From assembly GCA_034530875.2 (NCBI GenBank), contig JAVRCJ020000017.1, positions 130,930 to 194,929 of the forward strand: 64,000 bases of DNA, written 5' to 3'. Position 1 is the stretch's first letter. Each line of letters begins with the position of its first letter. The position numbers were made by a program, and so were the translations under genes. The notes beneath the pieces were generated by a model. It saw only the letters and a program-made list of their open reading frames with translations. It was not told the origin of the DNA and ran no database searches. Below are positions 16,717 through 26,723 of this stretch, piece after piece. Source of the stretch: Nostoc sp. DedSLP01. Lineage in GTDB: Bacteria > Cyanobacteriota > Cyanobacteriia > Cyanobacteriales > Nostocaceae.

Positions 16717-19014
16717 TTGAAACGAGCATTGAAAAAGAGAGTAAAAGCTGTGTTGAACAATAACCCCAGCAGCGATGATGCCCCGGTAGAACAGCTAAAT
16801 GTAGTGAATCCAAAAGTTGACCGTCGGGTGCGGACAAAAGCCGCCATGATTGGCCTGGCAATCTCTATGGGAGCAACCAGTCTTTTGGTGACTCGACAAA
16901 GCGATCAAGCCCAAGCAGCAGTCCCCGTAGGCAGCCAAAAGGCAACCTCAATCATTCCTGCTGTTCGTGACACTGAGGTGAAAATCGCCTCCACCAAGCT
17001 GGAGTCCCAAGCAGTCTCATTAACGAGCGTGCCAGAAAATCCCGCGATCGTGGAACCAACAGCAGTCTCACAATTGCCTGGGCTTGAAGCTAAGTGGCAA
17101 GTTGCGGCCAGCGGAATGTCTTTGCAAGTTCCTGCATCAGAAAACTTTTCCGAAGCAACACCAGCTGATAAAAAGCTTGCTGATTCAAAGTCACAAGCGG
17201 CAGGGTTGAACAATACCCTAGCTGAGACTAGTTTTCCAACAGTCAACAAGCTGTCTAACTATAGTGCTGATGGTGTGGTTGTCGTACCACAAACAGTGGC
17301 AACAGCTGGGACAGCCAGCAGTGAAATAAATGCACAACTTAAGGCGCAACAAGAATTTGCGCTCAATCGCTTACAAGAAAAATCAAACCGTTTAAGAAAG
17401 AGTCTGGCACAATTGCGGTCTGGAGAGACCGAAAATTTATCACAAACTGGTATTGGAAATACTGTAGTTGAGAAGACTCTATTAGCAAAGTCAGAGCCTT
17501 CTGGCGATACCAGCAAAGCTAAACTGATATCGAGATTAAAACAGAAGTCAGAGATTAGCGAACTGGGATCGGCTACAGCAGCAACACCAACATTAATCGC
17601 CTCCTCGACTAGAACGGCGTATGAAGTCAAGCCTGGAGATACGCTCGCTGCGATCGCCGGCAGATACAATACATCAGTATCAGAACTAGTTAAGGCAAAT
17701 AACCTCAGTAACCCAAATCAACTGCAAATCAGTCAAAAACTGATTATTCCAGTTGCTCGACTTGAGGCACCATTAGCAACTAAACCCACTTTTGTAGAGC
17801 CTGTAAAATCTGTAGAGCCTACTAATATTGCCCAAGCCACCTCGCCTGTGAGCATTGGTAGTGCTAACTCGTATTTACCCAGCTCTCCTTTACCCAGTTC
17901 ACCATCGCCAATTATTGCTGACAACAGTAGCGTTACTGTCCCAACACCAGTAACAGCCAACGATCCGATTCAGTCAGATAATGCAAGCGATTTGCAAACA
18001 ACTCCCATCGTTCCTAGAGCTTATGGTGTCGGTGGTGAAACCCCAATACCAAAAGTCTTCGTCGAAATCCAGCAGCCCGAAAAAGCAAGCAATAGGGTGG
18101 CAAGGGGTGATTATAACAATAATGACCGTTTGCGGGGCTTACAAGCAGAAATCCAGAGGTTACAGCAGAAATATCGCGCTCAACAGTCTGGGAATTTAGT
18201 AGTGCCAGCCGCAGCTAATGAAATTAATACTGCTGCAACATTTACTCCTGTTTCGACGCCCAAGAATTTCCCTGTACCTAACTCCGTGTCTCAACCGAAT
18301 AACGTAGCGATACCAATTCCGGTTCCGACACCTATTCGAGCTAACTACGCTCAACCAATTAAGCCCCAATTCCGTGCCACCGTACCCGCTAACGAGCCAA
18401 TAAATCCTGAGTTCTTACCCAATCTAGGATCTGCTGGTCAGTGGACTCCCCCTCGCAAACCATCTGTCACCAGAGTTGCAACGCCTTCTAGAGGAGTAAA
18501 TGCTTCGGATTCTTTAGGAAAGTTACGGGGAACCACAGTTTCTCCACAAACAGTACCGCCTTTGGCAGCAGTAGATCAATATCTGCCCAGAGCGATTGAT
18601 GAAACAACACCTCCTCCTTCTGCTTCATCCGTAGCTTACCAGTGGCCAGCAAAAGGCACTCTCACATCTGGCTTTGGCTGGCGTTGGGGAAGAATGCACA
18701 AAGGAATCGACATTGCTAATTCCACTGGTACGCCCGTTTACTCGTCCGCCGACGGGATCGTGGAAAAAGCCGGCTGGAACAATGGCGGTTACGGTAACCT
18801 AGTTGAAATTCGCCATCCTGACGGCAGCACCACTCGCTATGCTCATAACAGCAAGATTCTGGTGCAAGCTGGTCAGCAGGTAACTCAGGGAGAAACAATT
18901 GCTCTCATGGGTAGCACTGGCCACAGTACCGGGCCACACACCCACTTTGAAATTCATCCATCAGGCAAAGGTGCTGTTAATCCAATAGCTATGTTACCAA
19001 CAGCACGCCTGTAA
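16717..19014 (+). CDS. LysM + M23 peptidoglycan endopeptidase (NlpD-like)
   Basis: LysM YEVKPGDTLAAIA...LIIP; M23 HKGIDIA, YAHNS and HTHFE; AAMIGLAISMG anchor; AAGGAGG RBS before the TTG. Confidence 0.9.
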   Translation: MKRALKKRVKAVLNNNPSSDDAPVEQLNVVNPKVDRRVRTKAAMIGLAISMGATSLLVTRQSDQAQAAVPVGSQKATSIIPAVRDTEVKIASTKLESQAVSLTSVPENPAIVEPTAVSQLPGLEAKWQVAASGMSLQVPASENFSEATPADKKLADSKSQAAGLNNTLAETSFPTVNKLSNYSADGVVVVPQTVATAGTASSEINAQLKAQQEFALNRLQEKSNRLRKSLAQLRSGETENLSQTGIGNTVVEKTLLAKSEPSGDTSKAKLISRLKQKSEISELGSATAATPTLIASSTRTAYEVKPGDTLAAIAGRYNTSVSELVKANNLSNPNQLQISQKLIIPVARLEAPLATKPTFVEPVKSVEPTNIAQATSPVSIGSANSYLPSSPLPSSPSPIIADNSSVTVPTPVTANDPIQSDNASDLQTTPIVPRAYGVGGETPIPKVFVEIQQPEKASNRVARGDYNNNDRLRGLQAEIQRLQQKYRAQQSGNLVVPAAANEINTAATFTPVSTPKNFPVPNSVSQPNNVAIPIPVPTPIRANYAQPIKPQFRATVPANEPINPEFLPNLGSAGQWTPPRKPSVTRVATPSRGVNASDSLGKLRGTTVSPQTVPPLAAVDQYLPRAIDETTPPPSASSVAYQWPAKGTLTSGFGWRWGRMHKGIDIANSTGTPVYSSADGIVEKAGWNNGGYGNLVEIRHPDGSTTRYAHNSKILVQAGQQVTQGETIALMGSTGHSTGPHTHFEIHPSGKGAVNPIAMLPTARL

Positions 19015-19518
19015 TCGTTGCTTATTTGTAACTAAATCATTGCCTTGTTAATTGAGGGAGTTTATCTCCCTCTTTTGCTTTTTATGGTGCTTGGCAATTG
19101 TATGAAGTACAGACAATCAGATATTACTACATTGATATTATCAAGCAATTAATACTAATTTGAAAAAAGAATCAGATAGATTGGGTAGGGGTGCAAGGCT
19201 TTGTGTCCCTACAGCTTTTTGATGTGTTGCAAAGATTTTTTAAATTTGCACAAATAAAAAAATTTGAGATTTTGCATAAAAGAAAAATATATTACTGATT
19301 AATAGCTATAGCAGAAAACAAGCAACGGCTTAAAACCCTTCTGATAAAAGGGTTTGACGGACAGTTTGTATTATCAAGTAGCTGATAAATGCTATATCAG
19401 CTAAAAACTATCAGTTTTATAGTTGATAGACAAAATCTAGTAGTTTAATACTTCTTTTGAAAATGAACTATTAGTAACTCATTATTCTCTTAAACATTAA
19501 GAATTCGGAGTATTGATA

Positions 19519-21096
19519 ATGGCAATCAATTGGATTCCCGGTCTAGGACCCACTAATGGAGCAGATAAAGGTATTGGTGATGACGCTGCTAATAGCCTCA
19601 ATGGTCTTGCTGGAAATGACACTCTCGAAGGCGGTGCTGGAAATGACACCCTTTATGGGGGAAATGGTAATGATTTGATACGAGGTGGTGATGGTATCGA
19701 CTATTTATATGGCGAAAATGGCAACGATACCCTAGTAGGCGATCGCGGTAACGACATCTTCAGTGGTGGAAACGGCGACGACCGATTGATTTGGAACAAC
19801 GGTGACGGTAGCGACAGAATCAGCGGTAATTCTGGCTATGACGTTGTTGAAGTCAACGGTGCGGCAGCGGCTGGCGACAGCTTCCGCCTGCAAAAGGATG
19901 CCTCCGGAAAAGCAATTTTTGACCGTCTCAACCTCGTTCCATTTACCCTGACCGTAGACAGTGCCGAGAGATTTGAAATCAATGGTGGCGGTGGTGATGA
20001 CACCATCGATGTCAACGACCTCACAGGCACAGGAGTCAGCGCAGTCTGGTTGACTGGCGGTGCTGGTAATGACTTGCTTGATGGTAGTGGCACAGCTACA
20101 CCCTTAACAAGCTCTGGTGGTGAGGGAAATGACACCGTAATTGGTGGCACTGGAAGCGACAGCCTTTATGGTGATGCTGGTAATGACCTGCTACAAGGTG
20201 GCGATGGTATCGATTATTTATCTGGTGGCAACGGTAACGATACCGTAGTTGGCAATCGCGGTAACGACATCTTCAGCGGTGGAAACGGCGACGACCGATT
20301 GATTTGGAACAACGGTGACGGTAGCGATAGAATCAGCGGCAATTCTGGCTATGACGTCGTTGAAGTTAATGGCGCGGGGGCGGCTGGTGACAGTTTCCGC
20401 CTGCAAAAGGATGCCTCTGGTAAAGCAATCTTTGACCGCCTCAACCTTGTTCCGTTCACTCTGACTGTAGACAGTGCTGAGAAATTTGAAATTAATGGTG
20501 GCGGTGGTGATGACATCATTGATGTCAATGACCTCACAGGAACCGGAGTCAGTGCAGTACGACTGACTGGCGGTGCTGGCAACGACTTGCTTGATGGTAG
20601 TGGCACATGGACACCATTAACTGCTTTTGGTGATGAGGGGAATGACACTCTCTACGGTGGAAGAGGTGATGATAGCCTCTATGGTGGAGCTGGAAATGAC
20701 CTGTTAACAGGTGGTAAAGGTAATGACATCTTGACAGGCGGTGGTGGTAGCGATCGCTTTTTGTTCAACTCAGGCGCTGCCTACAAGAGTGCTGATTTGG
20801 GTGTAGATTATATCACCGACTTTACCCGCGGTCAGGACAAAATTGTGTTGGATAAGACAACTTTCGTCGGACTCAACAATTGGTCTGGGATTGCGATCGT
20901 AGCTAATGATGCAGCAGCAGCCACTAGCAATGGACTAGTTATTTACAGTCTAGGAACTGGTAACTTGTTCTACAACCAAAACTTAGCATCGACAGGCTTT
21001 GGTTCGGGTGGTCTGTTTGCCAACATTGATAACGATAACAAGTCATGGACAGCAGCACCAGCATTGACAACTAGCGACTTTGAGATAGTTGCGTAA
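19519..21096 (+). CDS. RTX / hemolysin-type calcium-binding repeat protein
   Basis: Many GGxGxDxLx nonamers, an internal 513 bp duplication, and a T1SS-type C-terminus (DYITDF...TSDFEIV). Confidence 0.9.
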   Translation: MAINWIPGLGPTNGADKGIGDDAANSLNGLAGNDTLEGGAGNDTLYGGNGNDLIRGGDGIDYLYGENGNDTLVGDRGNDIFSGGNGDDRLIWNNGDGSDRISGNSGYDVVEVNGAAAAGDSFRLQKDASGKAIFDRLNLVPFTLTVDSAERFEINGGGGDDTIDVNDLTGTGVSAVWLTGGAGNDLLDGSGTATPLTSSGGEGNDTVIGGTGSDSLYGDAGNDLLQGGDGIDYLSGGNGNDTVVGNRGNDIFSGGNGDDRLIWNNGDGSDRISGNSGYDVVEVNGAGAAGDSFRLQKDASGKAIFDRLNLVPFTLTVDSAEKFEINGGGGDDIIDVNDLTGTGVSAVRLTGGAGNDLLDGSGTWTPLTAFGDEGNDTLYGGRGDDSLYGGAGNDLLTGGKGNDILTGGGGSDRFLFNSGAAYKSADLGVDYITDFTRGQDKIVLDKTTFVGLNNWSGIAIVANDAAAATSNGLVIYSLGTGNLFYNQNLASTGFGSGGLFANIDNDNKSWTAAPALTTSDFEIVA

Positions 21097-21363
21097 TACT
21101 ACCCAAAACATCGTATAAGTAGTTATTTTAAATCCTCCTCCTAGTTGAAATACGAGGAGGATTTAATCTATTTACTTGAATTAAGAATTATTGTCTTATA
21201 AGAATTGAAGATTCAAATCATAGTACACAACAGGCTTGATGTCAGGATTTTAGATAGGTTGATGTCCTAAACTATAGACTTTCACTTCTAAAAAAATCTA
21301 CATCAGGTACAAAGCTTACTGTATTATTTTTGTATTCAAAAAAGATTGTGAAGAGGAGTTTGT

Positions 21364-21867
21364 ATGAAATTGAAGTCAGCTTGCGTATGTATTGGTTTAG
21401 GTCTTCTGAGTTTTTCAGTAAGTTCATTGCCACGTTTAGGAAATCCCGCACAAGTTCTTGCTCAAGAAGTTAGCGCTTCATGCCCTCTACCAGCTGATAT
21501 TGCCATTACCTTCTTCAATTCAGAATGTAAAGAAGTCAAACTAGAGCAACCCCAAACTTTTTATCGTTACTATAGTAACAGTAGCAACAAATATGGTAGA
21601 TATTTAACAACTAACCAATATAAAACTAACGTAGAAGTAATCAAGAATCTAGCTCTCAATCAACAATGGGGCAACCAAGCCACTTTAAAGCTAACAGTAA
21701 CTTTGCCAGCAGGAACAGTAACTTATCAAGGCATTGTAGCCCCTCAAACTCCTAAAGAATGCTATCCAGGTGGTGGTCAACAGACATTCATTAAAGATTC
21801 AAAAGATCCAAATATCAAGTGGTCTGAGGGAGAAAATATTGTTGTAGAAAATTTTAGCTGTCCGTAA
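21364..21867 (+). CDS. Secreted protein resembling a polymorphic-toxin C-terminal domain (TNT/NADase-like)
   Basis: Signal peptide ending in VLA-Q; FYRYY...GRYLT...LAL..WGN.AT...LPAGTVTYQGIVAPQ...PGGGQQTFI. Confidence 0.6.
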   Translation: MKLKSACVCIGLGLLSFSVSSLPRLGNPAQVLAQEVSASCPLPADIAITFFNSECKEVKLEQPQTFYRYYSNSSNKYGRYLTTNQYKTNVEVIKNLALNQQWGNQATLKLTVTLPAGTVTYQGIVAPQTPKECYPGGGQQTFIKDSKDPNIKWSEGENIVVENFSCP

Positions 21868-21872
21868 AATTT

Positions 21873-22157
21873 ATGGAAACGAAAACACAAGAATTTATCA
21901 AACTGATTGACCGAGCTTCTGAAATCACTGAACAGATGCTCAAAGACAAACAAGCTGAGTTTTCTCCACGTTTAAATAACGTGATAGCTGCTTTACAATC
22001 TATTAAGAATAAAGCGCTCAATGGTCAACTCGAACCATCAGGAGGAAACTCGACTCTTGGTCTGGCTAGTCAAGTGGCGGATTGGATTGAACCGTTAGAT
22101 TCGCCATTATTAAAAGCCGTAGGTGGGATAGAGGAGTATTACCAAAAACACCTCTAA
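21873..22157 (+). CDS. Putative immunity protein (Tsi6-like helical bundle)
   Basis: 94 aa, acidic and helical, 5 bp after the upstream stop; IDRA...LQSI...TLG...D..L pattern. Confidence 0.55.
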   Translation: METKTQEFIKLIDRASEITEQMLKDKQAEFSPRLNNVIAALQSIKNKALNGQLEPSGGNSTLGLASQVADWIEPLDSPLLKAVGGIEEYYQKHL

Positions 22158-22346
22158 ATTAACTATCTAGCCTACTTACTGGAACATTACTATTACGAAA
22201 ACAGTGCTGAGTATTAAGTCAGAATTTTGATTTGGAACTCAGCAATGTTTTTCTAAAAGTAATTATCTAAGAGAGAAAATAGAAGATGCAGCAATTTAGT
22301 TATGCTCGAGTTTTTTTCAAATGATATTTAGCTTGTCAGCATGAAC

Positions 22347-23717
22347 TTAAATTTTTCTTTTTTCAACTTCCAACTTCACACCCCGAATCGAATAATCCAA
22401 TAACTCCATTGGATGAATAACTGAAATATTCTTACCCTGCAATTGCAAATGCTTAGTAATTTGCAAAGTACAACCTGGATTAGGAGAAGCAATTAAATCG
22501 GCACCAGTGTTTAATAAATTTTGTACTTTTTGTTGACCTAATTCTTCAGAAATCTCTGGTTGCAACATATTATAAACTCCGGCGCTGCCACAACATAAAG
22601 CCGCATCTAGTGGTTCTTTCAACTTCACCCCTGGAATTTGCCGCAATAATTGACGCGGTTGCACGCTAATCTTTTGTCCGTGCAATAAATGGCAAGCATC
22701 TTGATAAACTAAATTCAAAGTTTTATCGGTCAATGGTGATAGTTTCGCTGTTAATCCAATAGTTGCTAAAAATTCTTGAGCATCTCTAACTTTAGCTGCA
22801 AAGTCCTTTGCTTTTTCCCGATATTCTGGGTCATCTTCTAATATATGCCCATACTCTTTTAAAGTATGACCGCAACCAGCAGCATTAATAATTACAAAAT
22901 CTACATCGCTCTTAGCAAAACTATCAATCATCTGTCTTGCTAAAGCCTTCGCCTGTTCTGTTTGTCCTTGGTGTTCGGGAAGTGCCGCGCAACAACCTTG
23001 AGATTTAGGAATTACAACTTCACAACCATTCGCTGTTAAAACTCGCACCGTCGCTTCATTTACTGGAGAGAAAAACAATCGCTGCACGCATCCTAAAATT
23101 ACTCCGACGCGGTAACGCTTTTCACCTTTAGCAGGAATCACACTAGGAAAATTATCTTGAAAAGATTTAAGAGTAATTTCTGGCAGAATAGATTCCATTG
23201 CTGCCAAACGAGGAGAGATTTTATTAAGTAAACCTGTAGCGCGAACTAACTTCCTAAAACCTAACTTTTGATAAACAAACAGGGGAATTAATAAACCACG
23301 TAAAAGTTGAGGATAAGGAAACAAAGAAAATATCAACTGACGAAATAATTTATCTGGTAAACTGCGAGGATAATTGCGTTCGACTTGGTGACGAGTTGCA
23401 GAAATTAACTTGTCGTACTGTACGCCAGAAGGACAAGTAGTTACACAAGCAAGACAGCCTAAACAAGAATCAAAATGTTCTACTGTTGCGTTATTAAGAG
23501 GAATTTTCTCTTCATTGATTGCATCCATTAAATAGATACGTCCTCTCGGAGAATCCATCTCTTTACCCAGCACCCTATAACTCGGACACGTCGAGAGACA
23601 AAATCCACAATGGACGCAACTATCAATTAATTTTGGCTCAGGCGGATGATTAATATCAAATCCCTGCAAATTTTTTAAACTAGCAGTTTTATTAACAGAA
23701 TTTTCTTCAACTTGCAT
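22347..23717 (-). CDS. glcF: Glycolate oxidase iron-sulfur subunit
   Basis: CVHCGFCLSTCP, CLGCLACVTTCPSGV, and two CCG domains (CCAAL, CCGSAG). Confidence 0.9.
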   Translation of the reverse strand: MQVEENSVNKTASLKNLQGFDINHPPEPKLIDSCVHCGFCLSTCPSYRVLGKEMDSPRGRIYLMDAINEEKIPLNNATVEHFDSCLGCLACVTTCPSGVQYDKLISATRHQVERNYPRSLPDKLFRQLIFSLFPYPQLLRGLLIPLFVYQKLGFRKLVRATGLLNKISPRLAAMESILPEITLKSFQDNFPSVIPAKGEKRYRVGVILGCVQRLFFSPVNEATVRVLTANGCEVVIPKSQGCCAALPEHQGQTEQAKALARQMIDSFAKSDVDFVIINAAGCGHTLKEYGHILEDDPEYREKAKDFAAKVRDAQEFLATIGLTAKLSPLTDKTLNLVYQDACHLLHGQKISVQPRQLLRQIPGVKLKEPLDAALCCGSAGVYNMLQPEISEELGQQKVQNLLNTGADLIASPNPGCTLQITKHLQLQGKNISVIHPMELLDYSIRGVKLEVEKRKI

Positions 23718-23770
23718 AATTATTTTTTCTCCCCTCTTGCTTGGCCTTTTTGTGGTTAGTTTGCTTGCAA

Positions 23771-25108
23771 TTAAATTCCACCTACAAACCGACCAGGACT
23801 TAAAATATTTTTACTATCAAACTGTTCTTTAATGCGGCGCATCAGCGGCAAAGCATTACCGATATAACCCCAAATATCTATTTGTTCTTTAACTGCTACT
23901 GGGGCTTCCAGAATTGTTAAAAAACCGCTAGAAGCTTGAGTGCGATTGCCTCCAACAGAGCTTAGCCTATCGCGCATTTGCAAAACTTGGTTTTTACCGT
24001 TTAATTGTAACAAACCCAAGCCACTATTATTATGAATTAAACCAAACTCCACCTGAGACAAAATTTCCACAGCAGCAGTAGGTAATACTCCTATTTTGCA
24101 GGTAATTACAGATTCTTTAATGGGAGAATGTATTTGCTCTTGCAATCTTGACCATAGATGAACTTCATCATCCTCAAGATAAATTGCTCCATCTAGACCC
24201 AACTTTTCTCCTAGTTCCAAAACTCTGTTTGACTGTTCTCTAACACTCTCACTAATACTTTGAAAGCGAGCAATTAATCCCAGTCCTTCACCTAAACCTA
24301 AGCTAGATACCAATTTAGTTGAAAGTAAATCAGCCTGGACTGGTGTTAACCCCGAACCCCTCAGAGTATTAGCCGCTTGGGATACAGCCTCAGCTTTACC
24401 AGTTAGTACTACTGTTGTTGATGCCTCTTGTAACGGGTACAGTCGAAAAGTTACTTGACTAATAACTCCTAATGTGCCGTAAGACCCAGTAAACAACTTC
24501 ATCAAATCGTATCCGGCAACATTTTTGACTACTCTTCCCCCAGCTTTGGCGATTTGTCCGTCAGCACGCACAAAAGTAATGCCTAGTAATTGGTCGCGCA
24601 CGCTACCATAGCGTTGTCGCAGAGAACCTGTATCGCCAGTAGCGACAATACCACCAATAGTTGCTGACTGTGGCGCTGTTGGGTCAAGGGCGAGAAATTG
24701 CCGTGAGTTTGCCAAAAGTGCTTGCAGAAGAGAAAATTTCATCCCAGCTTCTACTGTGACAGTCAAATCGCCAACGGCGTGTTGAATCAGTTGGTTGATG
24801 CGTTCTGTGCTGACTACGACATCAACGCCTTTGGCTAAACCACCCCAAGAGAGTTTGCTACCGCCACCGCACGGAAGAACGCGCCAGTTATTTGTGTAAG
24901 CTTTGGCGAGAACTGCGGCTAGCTGTTCTTGGGTGCGGGGATAGACAATACAACTGGGGAGGTTTCCAGGAGCTATAGCCTGTTGAATACGTTTTTGCTG
25001 GTTTAGTTCGACATTTTCCCAAAAGCAAACAGCATTTTCTTCACCGACAATAGATGCAAGTTCAGAAGCGCAGACGCCTTGCGGCTTGTCGTTAGACATC
25101 GCTTTCAT
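23771..25108 (-). CDS. glcE: Glycolate oxidase FAD-binding subunit
   Basis: GGGSKL, DLTVTVEAG, GGRVVKNVAGYDLMKL. The start is probably ATG 25108; the extension to 25438 is repeat-derived. Confidence 0.88.
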   Translation of the reverse strand: MKAMSNDKPQGVCASELASIVGEENAVCFWENVELNQQKRIQQAIAPGNLPSCIVYPRTQEQLAAVLAKAYTNNWRVLPCGGGSKLSWGGLAKGVDVVVSTERINQLIQHAVGDLTVTVEAGMKFSLLQALLANSRQFLALDPTAPQSATIGGIVATGDTGSLRQRYGSVRDQLLGITFVRADGQIAKAGGRVVKNVAGYDLMKLFTGSYGTLGVISQVTFRLYPLQEASTTVVLTGKAEAVSQAANTLRGSGLTPVQADLLSTKLVSSLGLGEGLGLIARFQSISESVREQSNRVLELGEKLGLDGAIYLEDDEVHLWSRLQEQIHSPIKESVITCKIGVLPTAAVEILSQVEFGLIHNNSGLGLLQLNGKNQVLQMRDRLSSVGGNRTQASSGFLTILEAPVAVKEQIDIWGYIGNALPLMRRIKEQFDSKNILSPGRFVGGI

Positions 25109-25517
25109 TAAGTTTATTTTTTTACGCCCTACATCTAATTTACTGGCTAATCTGACTAAAAAAGCACATTGGTAATGTTTGGGAGTAGGGAGTAGGGAGT
25201 AGGGAAATAGGGAAGAGGAGTTGCAGTAGCCTTTTACCTTTGGCATATATTTAGACTTCTTGCAGAAGTGGGGGAAAGGGGAAAGAGATAAGAAAAAACC
25301 CTTTCTTTTTTGTCCCCTCTTGTAAAAAGAGTTTTGCACTCTTACTCCATGAGTTGCCCTCACAAGGAACAATGAAAATTTCTTTTCCCTATTCCCCATG
25401 CCCCTAATCCCCACTTCGTGGGGCCCCGAGTTCCCCATTTCCTACTCCCTATTTTCAAGGCAGATGAATAGAGGTTACCCTTCTGCTACAAATCAATGGA
25501 GGTATAAACTTGATTAA

Positions 25518-26084
25518 TTAGTTGGCATGAACCAATTCTTGAGGGGCTTGTGCATCATACTCTACAGCTTTGACAAATTCCTTAATCACGTCTTTGAGTC
25601 TTTGATCGATTTCCTCATCTAAGACGACACTATTATCAGCTTGTCGTTGAACTTGTTTATCTACTGCATAAACAGTAGCTAAAATATGCCGCGCTCCTAG
25701 TTCAGATAATACAGGTTTGAGGGCATATTCTATTGCTAATAAATGAGCGATTGTGCCACCTAGAGCTATTGGTAATACAGGTTTACCTGTTAATGATTTT
25801 TGCGGTAGCAAATCTAAAAATGTTTTGAGTACTCCTGTGTAAGCAGCTTTGTAAATTGGGGTGGCAATAATCACACCATCTGCTTTACTAAGTAAAGCTT
25901 TTGGGGCTTCTAAAGCTGGGCTGTCATATCTTCCAAAAACTAAATCTTCAGCAGGTAAATCCCTAGCTGAAATAATGTCTACATGCAAATCTGCTTGTTG
26001 TAAAATTTTAGCGGTGTATTCAACAACACCGTAAGTTCGAGAAGGATGGGTTGGACTACCAGCGATCGCTAAAACGTTTGCCAT
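25518..26084 (-). CDS. ssuE: NADPH-dependent FMN reductase
   Basis: IAGSP..PSRT, ATPIYKAAYTGVLKTFLDLLP, GGTIAHLLA. Confidence 0.9.
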   Translation of the reverse strand: MANVLAIAGSPTHPSRTYGVVEYTAKILQQADLHVDIISARDLPAEDLVFGRYDSPALEAPKALLSKADGVIIATPIYKAAYTGVLKTFLDLLPQKSLTGKPVLPIALGGTIAHLLAIEYALKPVLSELGARHILATVYAVDKQVQRQADNSVVLDEEIDQRLKDVIKEFVKAVEYDAQAPQELVHAN

Positions 26085-26217
26085 CTAATTAAACTCCTAA
26101 TGTATTAATGGCCAGTGGAGACTAGGAAGCAGAGGAGCAAAGGGGCAAGAATGGTGCAACTTTTCACTCATCTGTTCCTACTTCTGGCTTCAGGTCTTTC
26201 ACAGCAAAATAATTAAG

Positions 26218-26313
26218 TTGTTCGACATTTAAGTTGCATAATTAGGGCGGTTAAGATGTCCACCCCACAAGAGTTTCATTGAATTTGATTATGCAATTTA
26301 GATGTCTGTCAGC
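26218..26313. repeat. Dispersed palindromic miniature element, copy 2
   Basis: Same arms and the same TAGGGCGG...CCCACAA core as 13353..13439. Confidence 0.7.
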
Positions 26314-26346
26314 TAACTAGATGCTGCTTTGCTGTCACGCGCCTTG

Positions 26347-26511
26347 AGAGGATATTTGAGAAATCTTTTTGTGGATAGCAAAACAATCTATATCCCCTTA
26401 AATCTCCCCTAAAAAGGGAGACTTTGATTCTGGTTCCACCCTTTATAACGGTGGTAAGTGAGGATATAAAAGTGACTAAAATTACAGGTAAAGACTTTTC
26501 AAACAACCTCT
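26347..26511. mobile_element. MITE-like element
   Basis: Terminal inverted repeats AGAGGATATTTGAGAAATCTT / AAGACTTTTCAAACAACCTCT (17/21 match); a related partial copy starts at 50122. Confidence 0.6.
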
Positions 26512-26723
26512 GAGAAAATATTGATATAAACTGCCAAATGAAGTCAAGTAGATCGGATTCCCGTACAATATTTTGTTGACAAAAATAATTTGTTAGTTCT
26601 TAGGTAATTTTAATCAGATTATCATGGCTAATTCAGAGCCATCGGCAATCCTAATAATTTAAGCAGGGAATACCGTACTGGAGCGATCGCCCATGTTAAC
26701 CAGAAATAGAAAATAATAGATGT

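Noticed and set aside
5969..19212. GTAG-type REP palindromes (~5969, ~15141, ~19185, also ~1455) as a novel system
   Set aside because: These are common dispersed REP-like hairpins of Nostocales, isolated here with no RAYT transposase in the window.
16905..20648. Antisense ORFs inside the M23 and RTX genes, and similar shadows elsewhere
   Set aside because: They overlap well-supported genes on the opposite strand and have no motifs.
25109..25438. 110 aa N-terminal extension of GlcE in the ORF track
   Set aside because: It translates STRR-like repeats and intergenic sequence; recognisable GlcE begins at ATG 25108.
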